From Limnothrix sp. BL-A-16 (lineage in GTDB: Bacteria; Cyanobacteriota; Cyanobacteriia; CACIAM-69d), in contig CP166615.1 of the NCBI GenBank assembly GCA_041937175.2, positions 384,001-448,000 on the forward strand: 64,000 nucleotides of DNA, read 5' to 3'. The translations under genes were made by a program, and so were the position numbers. Shown here one piece after another: positions 31,731-44,668 of the stretch. The notes under the pieces were generated by a model. That model saw only the letters and a program-made list of their open reading frames with translations. It was not told the origin of the DNA and did no database searches. Each line of letters opens with the position of its first letter. The first letter of the stretch is position 1.

Positions 31731-33019
31731 GCCTTTCGTTGCGTGATTTTCAGTGACCTGTGGATGGCGGGTGTGGCAATTAGGTTGACCATGCCCGCCT
31801 CTTGCTATCAAATTTCCTATCAAATTTCCAGAGCAGTTTTAACCAATAGCCCAATCATGCCGCTCAATTGATCAACTGAATTGGGTGACTGCATGAGGCG
31901 GTTGAACTGAGATCAAAATCTCCATTAAACCAGGATACTTTGATTGGGTGAGATCTCCATTCGCCTTGATGGAAATGACGCGACTTGCTGGCGAATTCCC
32001 TGGCGAATTTCGTTCAGATATTTCGTCAAGATAAGTTAAGAAGCCATGATTTAAACTTGGGTTAAACTTCAGATCTCGATCGAGTCCAAGCGGCTGGTTG
32101 CTCAGCTTAATCGATGATTTCCTGATTGGCCAGCAATTGACCGAGGGCGCGCTGATCGCTCCAAAACACCACGTTGAAAATAGGAAGGAACCGGTTAAGA
32201 ATCGATCGATGCAAGAAATTAAGTAATTTTTGATCGCTTTTTGTTGTTTTAATGACTTTCTCAAAAACGCATCGATCGACACTTTTCATCGGAAATTTTT
32301 GCTGATTTGGGAAAATTCGGCAGCTAAACAACCAAAGAGAATTTGTTTAGCCTTCCGTTGCCCAAGCCAGTCTTTACAAACTTTACAAAAATTGCACTAT
32401 TTTGCTCGGCATTCCTTAAGAAAACCGATCGCTCCCTCAATTCATCTAGGAACTGACGCTAGGCTAGATTTGTGATTCGATCTTGTCCCTGCTGTGGCCA
32501 TCCATTCTCGACCCCCACGGGCGATCGGGGATGGAGATCACGGAGCGGTGATCGCGTCATTATTTTCCCTTCTCTTTTGGCATGAATTCCCCGAAGGATT
32601 GATGCTTTTGGCTAACCCTTCCGTGAATTCTGCAACGAATCTAGCGCTACCAGCTCACGACTTGATTGCTTTCCTTTGCCTTGACCAACCCATTAGCCGC
32701 ATCAAGCTAGTTAGCCGCATCAAGCTAGCCTAATCAAATTCAACCGCGCCCAATGAAGTTGGCTGTTTTGAATTGGCTGCCCTGAATGAATTCCTTTGAA
32801 TTGGCTGTCCTGAATCTATCCGAATCAGCTCAATGCTTCTGAGGTTCAGTCTTTGCCAAAGGAAGCTCGCCTGATCCAGTTTTTTGAACATTTGAGATAA
32901 CCAATCACCCGCTTGATCGCTGCAAGGTTGTTGCCATGGCAGCGTTGTCAGGGGTTGCTTTGTGCTGCCTTGGCGCAACGGCACAACATTGGTTGAGAGT
33001 CATGAAAGTGAGTGGAACT

Positions 33020-33652
33020 ATGGCTATTGCAACGAAGCCTGATCAAAATCAGCCGGTCAGTCAACCCTCTGGTGCTGTCTCTGCGAATGCCCCAATGAGT
33101 CAATCTGGATCGGCTGGGTCGGCTGGATCAAAGGCTTCTGGATCGAAGGGTTCTAAACCTGCAAAGGCAACTGATTCCTCAGCGGTTGACAAGCGATTCA
33201 AGGCGTTGGATTTGGTGATGAAACGCCAACAATATCGCCAGGATGCTTTGATTGAAGTTCTGCACCGGGCCCAAGAAATTTTTGGTTATTTAGAGGAAAA
33301 AACGCTGTTGCATGTGGCTCGATCGCTCCAATTACCTGCGAGTCATGTGTTGGGTGTCGCCACGTTTTATCACCTCTTTTCCCTAAAACCCAGCGGTGAG
33401 CATACCTGCGTGGTTTGTTTGGGAACTGCTTGCTATGTCAAGGGCAGCGGCGATGTGCTGAATGCGTTGGAAAAACACACCGGCATTCAGTCGGGAGCCA
33501 CCACCAGCGACGGCAAGGTTTCGCTGGTGACAGCCCGTTGCATTGGAGCCTGTGGCATTGCGCCAGCGGTGGTGTTTGACGGGCAGGTGGCGGCCCAGGT
33601 GACCACAGAACAGGCGATCGCCCGCATTGATCAATGGCGTGGTGATGCATGA
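33020..33652 (+). CDS. hoxE: Bidirectional hydrogenase diaphorase subunit HoxE
   Basis: GVATFYHLF, CLGTACYVKG, CIGACGIAP; Ser/Gly-rich N-terminal extension. Confidence 0.93.
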   Translation: MAIATKPDQNQPVSQPSGAVSANAPMSQSGSAGSAGSKASGSKGSKPAKATDSSAVDKRFKALDLVMKRQQYRQDALIEVLHRAQEIFGYLEEKTLLHVARSLQLPASHVLGVATFYHLFSLKPSGEHTCVVCLGTACYVKGSGDVLNALEKHTGIQSGATTSDGKVSLVTARCIGACGIAPAVVFDGQVAAQVTTEQAIARIDQWRGDA

Positions 33653-33821
33653 ATCGTTGGGTTGCGAATCGTGGTTGCCTGCGGCCGACCCATGATTCGC
33701 CCTGAATAACCTGCCCAAAATGACGTGCATTATTCGTTAATTTGCTGCCCCATTTGTGGCCTCGTTTGTCGCCCCGTTTGCCCCCAATCTGCTGACCAAG
33801 CTGCCTGAGGAGTCCGAATCC

Positions 33822-35453
<1,632 letters not shown>

Positions 35454-35577
35454 GGGGGATGCATCCGGTTGAACCTAATCATTAAACCCAATGGTTGAAC
35501 CTAATAGTTAATTCTTTTGCTGATCTTCTTTGGCTGATCGAAGCAAGCAATTTCACGGGACTGAAGGGATTTAACGT

Positions 35578-36294
35578 ATGGCTGTCGTAACGCTGACAAT
35601 TGATGGGGTGGCGGTCGCCGCTGAAGCAAAAGCCAGTATTTTGCAGGCGGCGCGATCGGCCGGCATTGCGATTCCCACCCTGTGCCATTTGGAAGGGGTT
35701 TCCGATGTGGGAGGCTGTCGGCTTTGTGTGGTGGAAGTGGCGGGAATCAATAAGCTATTGCCTGCCTGCGTGACCCAAGTGGCTGAGGGGATGGCGGTGC
35801 AAACCAACACACCCACCTTGCAATCCTACCGTCGAACGTTGGTGGAATTGCTCTTTGCGGAAGGCAACCATGTTTGTTCCGTTTGCGTGGCCAATAATCA
35901 CTGTGAATTGCAGGATATGGCCACCACGGTGGGGATGGATCATAGCCATTTTGCCTACCAATTTCCCAAGCGGGATGTGGATGTTTCCCATGAAAAATTC
36001 GGACTCGATCGCAACCGTTGTATCTATTGCACCCGCTGCATTCGAGTTTGCGACGAAATCGAGGGAGCCAGGGTTTGGGATATTGCATTCCGGGGCGAAC
36101 GGGTCAAATTAATTGCCGGTTTGGATCAGCCTTGGGGTGATGTGGAAGCTTGCACCTCCTGTGGTAAATGCGTGGATGCTTGCCCCACGGGTGCTTTGTT
36201 TAAGAAAGGATCAACGGTTGCGGAAATGACGCGCGATCGCGATCGCCTGCAATTTTTGCAATCTGCCAGGGAGGAACACCAATGGACACGCTAA
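35578..36294 (+). CDS. hoxU: Diaphorase subunit HoxU
   Basis: IPTLC..CRLC, H.C..C....C, CIYCTRC..C, CTSCGKC..CP. Confidence 0.95.
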   Translation: MAVVTLTIDGVAVAAEAKASILQAARSAGIAIPTLCHLEGVSDVGGCRLCVVEVAGINKLLPACVTQVAEGMAVQTNTPTLQSYRRTLVELLFAEGNHVCSVCVANNHCELQDMATTVGMDHSHFAYQFPKRDVDVSHEKFGLDRNRCIYCTRCIRVCDEIEGARVWDIAFRGERVKLIAGLDQPWGDVEACTSCGKCVDACPTGALFKKGSTVAEMTRDRDRLQFLQSAREEHQWTR

Positions 36295-36878
36295 CCAATC
36301 CCGCTCAAGGGGCTGTTGTCGAAACCGAAGGAGCCGATCGCCCCAAAAAATTGCGCTTTGCAACCGTTTGGTTAGGGGGCTGTTCCGGTTGTCATATGTC
36401 CTTTTTGGACTTAGATGAATGGCTGTTTGAGCTGGCGAAATATGCGGAGGTGGTATTTAGCCCCGTGGGCAGCGATGCCAAGATTTTTCCCGATCAGGTG
36501 GATATTTGCCTGGCAGAAGGAGCCGTTGCCAACGAGGAAAATTTGGAATTCATCCAAAAGGTGCGATCGCGCAGCAAGCTGTTAATTTCCTTTGGTGATT
36601 GTGCGGTGAATGGCAACGTAACGGCCATGCGCAATCCGAGTGCCACCGTCGAAGAAATTCTCGATCGTTGCTATCTGGAATTGGCGGATTTGTCGCCGCA
36701 ACATCCTCGAGAACCGGGCATTGTGCCCCCCTTGATTAAACAGGCCCTGCCCGTCCATCAAGTGGTTCCGGTGGATGTGTTTTTGCCCGGTTGTCCGCCC
36801 TCGGCCGCCCAAATTCAAAGCGCCCTGGAGTCACTTTTTACCGGCGAAGCCCAAACCGCCAAGCTGAAATTTGGTTAG
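36282..36878 (+). CDS. hoxY: NiFe hydrogenase small subunit HoxY
   Basis: WLGGCSGCHMS, FGDCA..GN, LPGCPP. Confidence 0.95.
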   Translation: MDTLTNPAQGAVVETEGADRPKKLRFATVWLGGCSGCHMSFLDLDEWLFELAKYAEVVFSPVGSDAKIFPDQVDICLAEGAVANEENLEFIQKVRSRSKLLISFGDCAVNGNVTAMRNPSATVEEILDRCYLELADLSPQHPREPGIVPPLIKQALPVHQVVPVDVFLPGCPPSAAQIQSALESLFTGEAQTAKLKFG

Positions 36879-36893
36879 GGAGAGGGGGCAACC

Positions 36894-37256
36894 ATGGCAG
36901 GCGATCGACGGCGGCAACCCTGGCAACTTTCGCTTTCGAGGGGACTCTTGATTGGGGCGATCGGGCTAATCCTATCCCTCTGGAGCTTAGGAGCCAGGGC
37001 CAATTCCCCCAACACCTGTCAATACAAAGAGCGTCCTCTCTTTGGCAAGGTGCAAATTGTTGAATCCTTTCCCGATTTCACGGTGCAGGTTGTTGAAGCA
37101 TTCCCCGATTTGAAAGTGCAAATCGTTAACGCATTTCCCGATCGGTGTGGTGAGTGGCAATTTGTCAATGCTTTCCCCGACTTCAAAATCAAATTTGTGA
37201 CGGCATTTCCTGACCTCAAGATTCAGTTTGTCACCAACTTTCCTGGCTTGACTTAA
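36894..37256 (+). CDS. Predicted secreted 11-aa 'FPD' repeat protein inside the hox operon
   Basis: Signal peptide followed by six (K/T)(V/I)Q(I/F)Vx(A/S)FPD repeats and 2 Cys; GGGAG RBS. Confidence 0.75.
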   Translation: MAGDRRRQPWQLSLSRGLLIGAIGLILSLWSLGARANSPNTCQYKERPLFGKVQIVESFPDFTVQVVEAFPDLKVQIVNAFPDRCGEWQFVNAFPDFKIKFVTAFPDLKIQFVTNFPGLT

Positions 37257-37488
37257 GAGGATGTTTGAAAAGCCAAAACTGCTACTTTGCATCTCTCATG
37301 GATTGACGAAGACATTAACAAAGATAAAGGGCTTAAGCCCCTTGCTCCCACACAAAAAATAAGGAGCCTAAACAAGACAAGAGGCTTAAACAAGACAAGA
37401 GGCTTAAACAAAACAAGAGGCTTAAGTCCCTTGCTCCCACGATGACTAGCGCTTTGCAAGTACCCTAAGGCACTGCTCAGACGCCTTC
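37257..37488. mobile_element. MITE-like mini-element, family A copy 2 (232 bp)
   Basis: TIRs GAGGATGTTTGA / TCAGACGCCTTC with TAA on both sides. Ends homologous to 4733-4866. Contains 2 REP-like palindromes and three 18-bp repeats. Confidence 0.8.
37370..37423. repeat. Three tandem 18-bp repeats AAACAAGACAAGAGGCTT (amplified REP left arm)
   Basis: Read directly; the third copy has one mismatch. Confidence 0.9.
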
Positions 37489-37589
37489 TAAGTTGAACCG
37501 TAAGTTAAACAGGACTTGATTTGGCAGAAATCAGCAATTGAAAATAGACCCATTGGGCTGCGGTAATCCTCTGAAATTATGCGAGCATT

Positions 37590-39029
37590 ATGAGTTCTAA
37601 ACTGGTTATTGATCCGGTCACCCGCATTGAAGGTCATGCCAAAATCTCCCTATTTTTGGATGATGCGGGAAAGGTTGAAGATGCCCACTTTCATGTGGTT
37701 GAATTTCGCGGATTTGAAAAATTCTGCGAAGGCCGGCCCATGTGGGAAATGGCGGGCATTACCTCCCGCATCTGTGGCATTTGCCCCGTGAGTCACTTGT
37801 TGGCTTCTGCAAAAACCGGTGACAAAATCTTGGCCGTGCGCGTCCCGATCGCGGGTGAAAAGTTGCGGCGGATGATGAACCTGGGGCAGATTTTGCAATC
37901 CCACGCCCTCAGCTTTTTCCATCTCAGCAGTCCCGATTTTCTGTTGGGTTGGGACAGTGACCCAGGCCAGCGCAATGTTTTTGGATTAATGGCGGCAAAT
38001 CCGGACTTGGCGCGGGCGGGAATTCGGCTGCGGCAGTTTGGGCAAACGGTGATTGAACTGTTGGGAGCGCGCAAAATCCATGCGGCTTGGCCGGTTCCTG
38101 GCGGGGTTCGCTATCCCCTATCTGATGAAGGAAAAGCTTGGATTCAAGACCGCTTGCCGGAGTCGCGAGCCACGATTTTAAGCGCGATCGAACTGTTTGA
38201 ATCGTGGCTGGATGCCCACCCAGTGGAAGTCGATGTGTTTGGTAAATTTCCGTCGCTCTTCATGAGTTTGGTGGGTGATGATGGACGCTGGGAGCATTAC
38301 GGCGGTCATCTCCGCATCATTGACAGTGAAGGGCAAATTGTCGCCGATCGCCTCTCGGAAGATGACTATCAATCCTTCATTGGTGAAGCCGTTGAACCCT
38401 GGTCTTATCTGAAGTTTCCCTACTACAAACCCTTGGGCTATCCCGATGGGGTGTATCGCGTCGGGCCCCTAGCTCGGTTGAATATTTGTGACTTCATTGG
38501 CACACCAGAAGCCGATCGGGCCCTGGAGCGATTTAGACAGCGGGCCGGCGGGCGCGTAGCCACTTCTTCGTTTTTCTATCACTACGCTCGATTGATTGAA
38601 ATTTTGGCCTGTGTTGAGGCGATCGAACAGTTAGTGAATGACCCTGATGTGCAGTCGTCTCGGGTGCGGGCGGAAGCCGGTATTAATGAACTGAATGGAG
38701 TGGGTGTGAGTGAAGCACCTCGGGGCACGTTGTTTCACCATTACCAAGTGGATGAAAACGGCTTAATTCAATCGGTGAATTTGATCATTGCCACGGGTCA
38801 AAATAACCTGGCGATGAATCGTACCATCAAACAAATTGCTCAACATTATGTGGAAGGCAGCAGCGATGGATCGATTCCAGAGGGAATTTTGAATCGGGTT
38901 GAAGCGGGGATTCGGGCCTTCGATCCTTGTTTGAGTTGTTCAACCCATGCGGTGGGGCAAATGCCGCTGAAACTAGATGTGTTCAATGCCGATCGGGTAC
39001 TGATTCAGACCTTGGAACGATCGTCCTAG
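37590..39029 (+). CDS. hoxH: NiFe hydrogenase large subunit HoxH
   Basis: [30 protein letters not shown] plus cleavable C-terminal tail. Confidence 0.97.
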   Translation: MSSKLVIDPVTRIEGHAKISLFLDDAGKVEDAHFHVVEFRGFEKFCEGRPMWEMAGITSRICGICPVSHLLASAKTGDKILAVRVPIAGEKLRRMMNLGQILQSHALSFFHLSSPDFLLGWDSDPGQRNVFGLMAANPDLARAGIRLRQFGQTVIELLGARKIHAAWPVPGGVRYPLSDEGKAWIQDRLPESRATILSAIELFESWLDAHPVEVDVFGKFPSLFMSLVGDDGRWEHYGGHLRIIDSEGQIVADRLSEDDYQSFIGEAVEPWSYLKFPYYKPLGYPDGVYRVGPLARLNICDFIGTPEADRALERFRQRAGGRVATSSFFYHYARLIEILACVEAIEQLVNDPDVQSSRVRAEAGINELNGVGVSEAPRGTLFHHYQVDENGLIQSVNLIIATGQNNLAMNRTIKQIAQHYVEGSSDGSIPEGILNRVEAGIRAFDPCLSCSTHAVGQMPLKLDVFNADRVLIQTLERSS

Positions 39030-39181
39030 GAGTTGCAGGTGAAAAATGGAGTTCTGATTGATGGTATTAACCACCGATCGGTGGGTGAGCAACCCCTTGA
39101 ACTCCATGACCAAATGACTTAGTTGAAACAGCTCAGTGGCATTGGCCGGAATCTCGCTAGTTTTTGAGGTGCGATCGCCCT

Positions 39182-39766
39182 ATGGTTACCCATCTTCCAT
39201 CCCCAATCTTAGTGATTGGTTATGGCAATACCCTTCGCAGTGATGACGGTGTGGGGCCAGCGGTCGCCCAAGCCATTTCCCAATGGCAAAATTCACAACT
39301 TCAAACCCTCATTTGTCATCAACTAACCCCGGAGTTAGCCGATTCGATCGCGGGAGCTGGCTTGGTAATTTTTGTTGATGCCTTAGACTGCAATGCCCTG
39401 AAAATGTCTGCCCCCAAAACCCAACTGCGATCGCTGGATTTGGGAATTCGCCCACCCACCCCAGCTTCCGCAACGGTCACCGCTGAAAATCCAGAAATTC
39501 CCAGTCTTTTGGGTCATTTCTATCAACCTGAAAGCCTGTTGCACATGACAAAATGGCTCTATGGCCATGTGCCCCCAGCTTGGTTAATTGCAGTGCCTGC
39601 GGTGTCCTTTGAGTTGGGCTGCGAATTTTCTGAAATTGCCATTCAAGGAATGCAACGGGCGCTGGTTGTCATTCAAACCCTGATTGATGAGGTACAAGGC
39701 ATGACGACTCATTTTCCCTCGCTTCATCTGCCCAGCGAGTCCCTGAAATTACCCGTCCGAATCTAA
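39182..39766 (+). CDS. hoxW: Hydrogenase maturation protease HoxW
   Basis: LVIGYGN.LR.DDGVG, HQLTPELA, VIFVDA. Confidence 0.88.
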   Translation: MVTHLPSPILVIGYGNTLRSDDGVGPAVAQAISQWQNSQLQTLICHQLTPELADSIAGAGLVIFVDALDCNALKMSAPKTQLRSLDLGIRPPTPASATVTAENPEIPSLLGHFYQPESLLHMTKWLYGHVPPAWLIAVPAVSFELGCEFSEIAIQGMQRALVVIQTLIDEVQGMTTHFPSLHLPSESLKLPVRI

Positions 39767-39814
39767 ATCAATTACCCGCTGTTCTTCCCTGTGCCTTTTG
39801 CCGGAGTGATGACC

Positions 39815-42800
39815 ATGAAACGCCACCAAACCATGACTCTCGATGGTAACGAAGCCGTTGCCAAAATTGCCTACAGCCTCAGTGAACTAATTGTTATTTA
39901 CCCCATTACGCCCGCTTCGCCCATGGGGGAATGGTCTGATGCTTGGGCGGCCCAAAACAGACCCAATCTTTGGGGATCTGTGCCGAGCGTGGTGGAAATG
40001 CAGAGCGAAGCCGGAGCGGCGGGCACGCTGCATGGGGCGCTTCAGGCGGGATCCTTGGCCACCACGTTCACGGCTTCCCAAGGGTTGCTGTTGATGATTC
40101 CCAACATGTACAAAATTGCCGGGGAGTTGACCGGTGCGACCTTGCATGTGGCTGCCCGATCGCTTGCGGCCCAAGGGTTGTCAATTTTTGGGGATCACAG
40201 CGATGTGATGGCCACGCGGGGCACGGGTTGGGCGCTGTTGTGTTCGGCTTCGGTGCAAGAAGCCCATGATTTTGCTGCGATTTCCCACATTGCGGCCTTG
40301 AAATCTCGAGTGCCGTTTTTGCACTTTTTTGATGGCTTTCGGACTTCCCACGAAATTCAAAAAATCGTTCCCGTGGATGAAGATCATTTGCGAGCCATGA
40401 TCCCGGAAGCAGCAATTTTGGAACACCGCGATCGGGCCCTAACACCCGATCGCCCGGTGATGCGTGGCACGGCCCAAAACCCCGATGTTTATTTCCAAGG
40501 TCGGGAAACCGTTAACCCGTTTTATTGCGCTTGTTCGGAAATTGTGAAATCCGTGATGGCGGAATTTGGCAACCTGACGGGACGGGTTTATCAGCCCTTT
40601 GAATATGTGGGTGATCCAGAAGCAGAATCCGTGGTGATTCTGATGGGTTCCGGTTGCGAAACCGTTGAAGAAACGGTGCAGACCCTGAATCAACAGGGTC
40701 AGAAATTGGGAGTCTTGAAAGTTCGTTTATATCGGCCCTGGAATGCGGCGGATTTCCTCGCAGTATTGCCCATCAGTACCCAACGCATTGCCGTGCTCGA
40801 TCGCACCAAGGAACCCGGTGCATTGGGCGAACCGCTTTATCTAGACGTGGTGGCAACGGTTCAACAATCGGCGCAACACTCAGCGATTAAAACGATGATT
40901 GGTGGGCGCTATGGATTGTCTTCCAAGGAATTCACCCCGGCCATGGTGAAGGCGGTGTTTGAAAATCTGCAATCACCGGAACCTAAAAATGGATTCACGG
41001 TGGGGATTGTGGACGATGTGAGCTTCACATCCTTGGACTTTGACCCCAACTTTGCTTTGCCGGGCGATCGCACCTTTGCGGCCATTTTCTATGGCTTGGG
41101 GGCCGATGGAACCGTGGGAGCTAACAAAAACACGATCGAAATTATTGGCGACAGCACCGATCAATATGCCCAGGGCTATTTTGTCTATGACTCCAAGAAA
41201 TCGGGAGCGATGACCGTTTCCCATCTACGTTTTGGGGCTGACCCAATTCGGGCCCCTTACCTGATTGAAGGTGCGAATTTTATTGGCTGTCACCAGTGGA
41301 TGTTCCTGGAACGCTATGAAATTTTGGACAAGGCCCTTGATGGCGCAACGGTGCTGATCAATGCCTCCTATCCGGCGGCGGAACTTTGGGATCATTTGCC
41401 GCTAGAAGCCCAAGAAATCATCATTCGGAAGCAACTGAAACTCTGGGCCATTGATGCCTATAAAGTGGCGCGTGAGAGTGGTACGGGCGGCCATATTAAT
41501 ATTCCGATGCAGGTTTGTTTCTTCACCTTGACGGGAGTGTTGCCCCAGGAAGAAGCCCTCAATCAAATTCGGGCGGCGATTCAAAAAACCTACGGCAAAA
41601 AAGGTAGCGCCGTGGTGAATATGAACCTGCGGGCGGTGGATAACACCCTGTCGAATTTGCAAGAGGTGCCGATTCGATCGGCCCAATCCACCTTGCATCG
41701 GCTGCCCATGGTGTCCGATCGCGCGCCGGACTTTGTGCGCAACGTGCAGGCGGCGATGATGGCGCGGGAGGGCGATCGACTGCCGGTGAGCGCCTTGCCC
41801 TGCGATGGCACCTATCCCACCGGCACGTCCCAATGGGAAAAACGCAACATTGCCCAGCAACTGCCTGAATGGGATCCAGCGGTTTGCGTGCAGTGCGGCA
41901 AGTGCATCGCCATTTGTCCCCATGCCACCATTCGCGGCAAGTCCTACGATCCGTCCGCTTTGGGAGATGCGCCGGCCGGGTTCCGAGTGGCCGACACGCG
42001 CGATCCAGACTTCAAGGGCGAAAAATTCACCATTCAGGTGGCTCCGGAGGATTGCACCGGCTGCGGTCTTTGTGTGGAAATTTGCCCCGCGAAGGATCGC
42101 AAGCGCCCCTCCCGCAAGGCGCTGAATTGGGTGGATCCCAACGAGGTGCACGATGCAGAACGGACAAATTGGGACTTTTTCTTAGGGCTGCCGAATCCCG
42201 ATCGCGCCAAGTTACATCCCGATCGGCTGCGTCAACAGCAATGGCAAGAGCCGCTCTTTGAATTCTCAGGGGCCTGTGCCGGTTGTGGCGAAACGCCCTA
42301 CCTGAAATTGGTGTCTCAATTGTTTGGCGATCGGGCATTGATTGCCAACGCCACCGGTTGCTCCTCAATCTATGGCGGCAACCTGCCCACCACCCCTTGG
42401 ACTAAAAATGCCGACGGCCGCGGCCCCGCCTGGGCGAACAGCCTGTTTGAGGACAATGCAGAATTTGGCCTCGGGTTCCGCCTGTCCGTGAATCAGCAAG
42501 CCACCTTCGCCAGCGAGCTGCTGAAGCGATTGGCCGGGGAACTGGGCGACAGCACGGTTCAAGATCTGTTGCAGGCGGAACAGCGCACCGAAGCGGACAT
42601 TTGGGAACAGCGCGATCGGGTGGCCAGCCTGAAAACGCGCCTCCCCGAGATCAATCACCCCGATGCTCGGCGGTTGTTGGCCGTGGCAGACTACCTCGTC
42701 AAGAAATCCGTTTGGATTGTGGGGGGCGACGGTTGGGCCTATGACATTGGCTTTGGCGGCTTAGATCACGTCCTGGCTAGCGGTCAAAACGTGAATGTGT

Positions 42801-43432
42801 TGGTTTTGGATACGGAAGTCTATTCCAACACGGGGGGGCAAGCTTCCAAATCAACTCCCCGGGGCGCGGTGGCCAAGTTTGCCGCTGGCGGGAAACCCGC
42901 TGCCAAGAAAGATCTCGGGGCGATCGCCATGACCTACGGCAACATCTACGTGGCCAGCGTGGCCATGGGGGCCCGTGATGAACATACCCTGCGGGCTTTT
43001 CTGGAAGCCGAAGCCTACGACGGCCCCTCGCTGATTTTGGCCTATAGCCACTGCATCGCCCATGGCATTGATATGAGCAAGGGAGCAGCCCACCAGAAAG
43101 CGGCGGTGGATAGCGGCCGTTGGTTCCTTTATCGCTATAACCCGGATTTGGTGACCCAGGGCAAGAATCCGCTGCATTTGGATTCACCTGCGCCGAAGAT
43201 GCCCGTGGCGGCAGCGATGGACATGGAAACCCGCTTCAAGATGCTGAGCAAGACCAACCCGGCCGCCGCGCAACAGTTGGCCCAGCAGGCCCAGGCGGAC
43301 ATTAACCACCGTTGGCAGTTCTATCAATACCTGGCGGCCCAGTCGATCGGGCAGTCTCAGGGGGCCGATCGCTCCAGCCCAGCTTCACCGGGAGCGGCCG
43401 CGTCTTCCTCGGAACCCAAGCCGGTGTCTTAA
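39815..43432 (+). CDS. nifJ: Pyruvate:ferredoxin/flavodoxin oxidoreductase
   Basis: YPITP, MQSE.GAAG, two 4Fe-4S motifs, GACAGCGETPY, GGDGWAYDIG. Confidence 0.97.
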   Translation: MKRHQTMTLDGNEAVAKIAYSLSELIVIYPITPASPMGEWSDAWAAQNRPNLWGSVPSVVEMQSEAGAAGTLHGALQAGSLATTFTASQGLLLMIPNMYKIAGELTGATLHVAARSLAAQGLSIFGDHSDVMATRGTGWALLCSASVQEAHDFAAISHIAALKSRVPFLHFFDGFRTSHEIQKIVPVDEDHLRAMIPEAAILEHRDRALTPDRPVMRGTAQNPDVYFQGRETVNPFYCACSEIVKSVMAEFGNLTGRVYQPFEYVGDPEAESVVILMGSGCETVEETVQTLNQQGQKLGVLKVRLYRPWNAADFLAVLPISTQRIAVLDRTKEPGALGEPLYLDVVATVQQSAQHSAIKTMIGGRYGLSSKEFTPAMVKAVFENLQSPEPKNGFTVGIVDDVSFTSLDFDPNFALPGDRTFAAIFYGLGADGTVGANKNTIEIIGDSTDQYAQGYFVYDSKKSGAMTVSHLRFGADPIRAPYLIEGANFIGCHQWMFLERYEILDKALDGATVLINASYPAAELWDHLPLEAQEIIIRKQLKLWAIDAYKVARESGTGGHINIPMQVCFFTLTGVLPQEEALNQIRAAIQKTYGKKGSAVVNMNLRAVDNTLSNLQEVPIRSAQSTLHRLPMVSDRAPDFVRNVQAAMMAREGDRLPVSALPCDGTYPTGTSQWEKRNIAQQLPEWDPAVCVQCGKCIAICPHATIRGKSYDPSALGDAPAGFRVADTRDPDFKGEKFTIQVAPEDCTGCGLCVEICPAKDRKRPSRKALNWVDPNEVHDAERTNWDFFLGLPNPDRAKLHPDRLRQQQWQEPLFEFSGACAGCGETPYLKLVSQLFGDRALIANATGCSSIYGGNLPTTPWTKNADGRGPAWANSLFEDNAEFGLGFRLSVNQQATFASELLKRLAGELGDSTVQDLLQAEQRTEADIWEQRDRVASLKTRLPEINHPDARRLLAVADYLVKKSVWIVGGDGWAYDIGFGGLDHVLASGQNVNVLVLDTEVYSNTGGQASKSTPRGAVAKFAAGGKPAAKKDLGAIAMTYGNIYVASVAMGARDEHTLRAFLEAEAYDGPSLILAYSHCIAHGIDMSKGAAHQKAAVDSGRWFLYRYNPDLVTQGKNPLHLDSPAPKMPVAAAMDMETRFKMLSKTNPAAAQQLAQQAQADINHRWQFYQYLAAQSIGQSQGADRSSPASPGAAASSSEPKPVS

Positions 43433-43543
43433 AGCCCATTCCTGAAAGCCCATTCCTGAAACCTTCGGTATGCCGATCGCCCGATCGGCTTGCCCCGTCC
43501 CAGTCCTCTTCGCCCCTAGCGTCCCCACCTAGCGTCCCTACTT

Positions 43544-44596
43544 ATGGATCTACATACCACCTATCTGGGTCTCACCCTGCGATCGCCCCTGGTGCCCTCG
43601 GCCGCCGCTCCGCTCACCAGTTCTCTCGATCACCTGCGTCGTTTAGAAGATGCCGGAGCGGGGGCGATCGTCCTGCCCTCCCTGTTTGAAGAGCAACTGG
43701 TGCAAGACAGCTTTGAGCTGCACCACCATCTCAGCCATGGGCGCGACAGCTATCCCGAAGCCCTCACCTACTTTCCTGAGCCGGAAGCCTTCCGCCTTGG
43801 CCCCGAGCATTATCTCGACCACATTCGCACCGCCAAAGCCGCCCTCAGCATCCCAATCATTGCCAGCCTCAATGGCTATTCCCCCGGCGGTTGGGTGGAA
43901 TATGCCCGATCGATCCAGGAAGCCGGGGCCGACGCGATCGAGCTGAACCTTTACTTTGTCCCCAGCGACCCGGACATTTCCGGCCTGGATATTGAGCAAT
44001 CGTTCCTCACCACCCTGCGGGCCGTCAAAGCCGAAGTGAGCATCCCCGTCGCGGTCAAAATCAGCCCCTACTTCAGCAGCCTGGCCAACATGGCCCAGCG
44101 CTTTGACGAAGCCGGAGCCGATGCCTTGGTGCTGTTCAATCGGTTTATGCAGCCCGACATCGACCCGATCGAGCTGGAGGTGCGCCCTGTTCCCTATCTC
44201 AGTTCCGCCAATGATTTGCGGTTGCCCCTGCGCTGGATTGCCCTGCTCTACGGCCGGTTAGATACGGATCTGGCGGCCACGGGTGGGGTGCAACATGGGG
44301 CCGATGTGGTGAAACTGCTGATGGCTGGGGCCAAAATTACCCAGGTCTGTTCCGTGCTGCTGCGCCATGGACTGGAGCATTTGCGCGTTTTGGAACGGGA
44401 ACTGGTGGCCTGGCTAGAGGCCCAGGACTATAGCTCCGTTGAAGAATTGCGAGGGGTAATGAGCCAAGTCCATTGCCCTGACCCCAGTGCCTACGAACGG
44501 GCCCAATACCTGAAGACCCTACAATCCTTCCGAGTGGATGCGGGCCACGGGTTGATTCTGGATCCACCCATTCACAGCGGCTTTTTGCCTTCCTGA
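43544..44596 (+). CDS. Dihydroorotate dehydrogenase-like protein (PFOR-associated)
   Basis: MDL.TTYLGL.LRSPLV.SA, LPSLFEEQ, LVLFNRF.QPDID. Confidence 0.88.
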   Translation: MDLHTTYLGLTLRSPLVPSAAAPLTSSLDHLRRLEDAGAGAIVLPSLFEEQLVQDSFELHHHLSHGRDSYPEALTYFPEPEAFRLGPEHYLDHIRTAKAALSIPIIASLNGYSPGGWVEYARSIQEAGADAIELNLYFVPSDPDISGLDIEQSFLTTLRAVKAEVSIPVAVKISPYFSSLANMAQRFDEAGADALVLFNRFMQPDIDPIELEVRPVPYLSSANDLRLPLRWIALLYGRLDTDLAATGGVQHGADVVKLLMAGAKITQVCSVLLRHGLEHLRVLERELVAWLEAQDYSSVEELRGVMSQVHCPDPSAYERAQYLKTLQSFRVDAGHGLILDPPIHSGFLPS

Positions 44597-44668
44597 ACCT
44601 GGACAAGCCTGGGGGCGGGGATTGGCGCACCTGCCCCAGGCACACCGAGTCTCGGGCCGATCGCCCCG

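Noticed and set aside
31872..32984. Short ORFs upstream of hoxE
   Set aside because: AT-rich, overlapping on both strands, no motifs; more likely the hox promoter and 5' UTR. No LexA box could be called confidently.
37370..37423. Possible CRISPR mini-array
   Set aside because: Repeats are contiguous with no spacers, lie inside a mini-element, and there are no cas genes.
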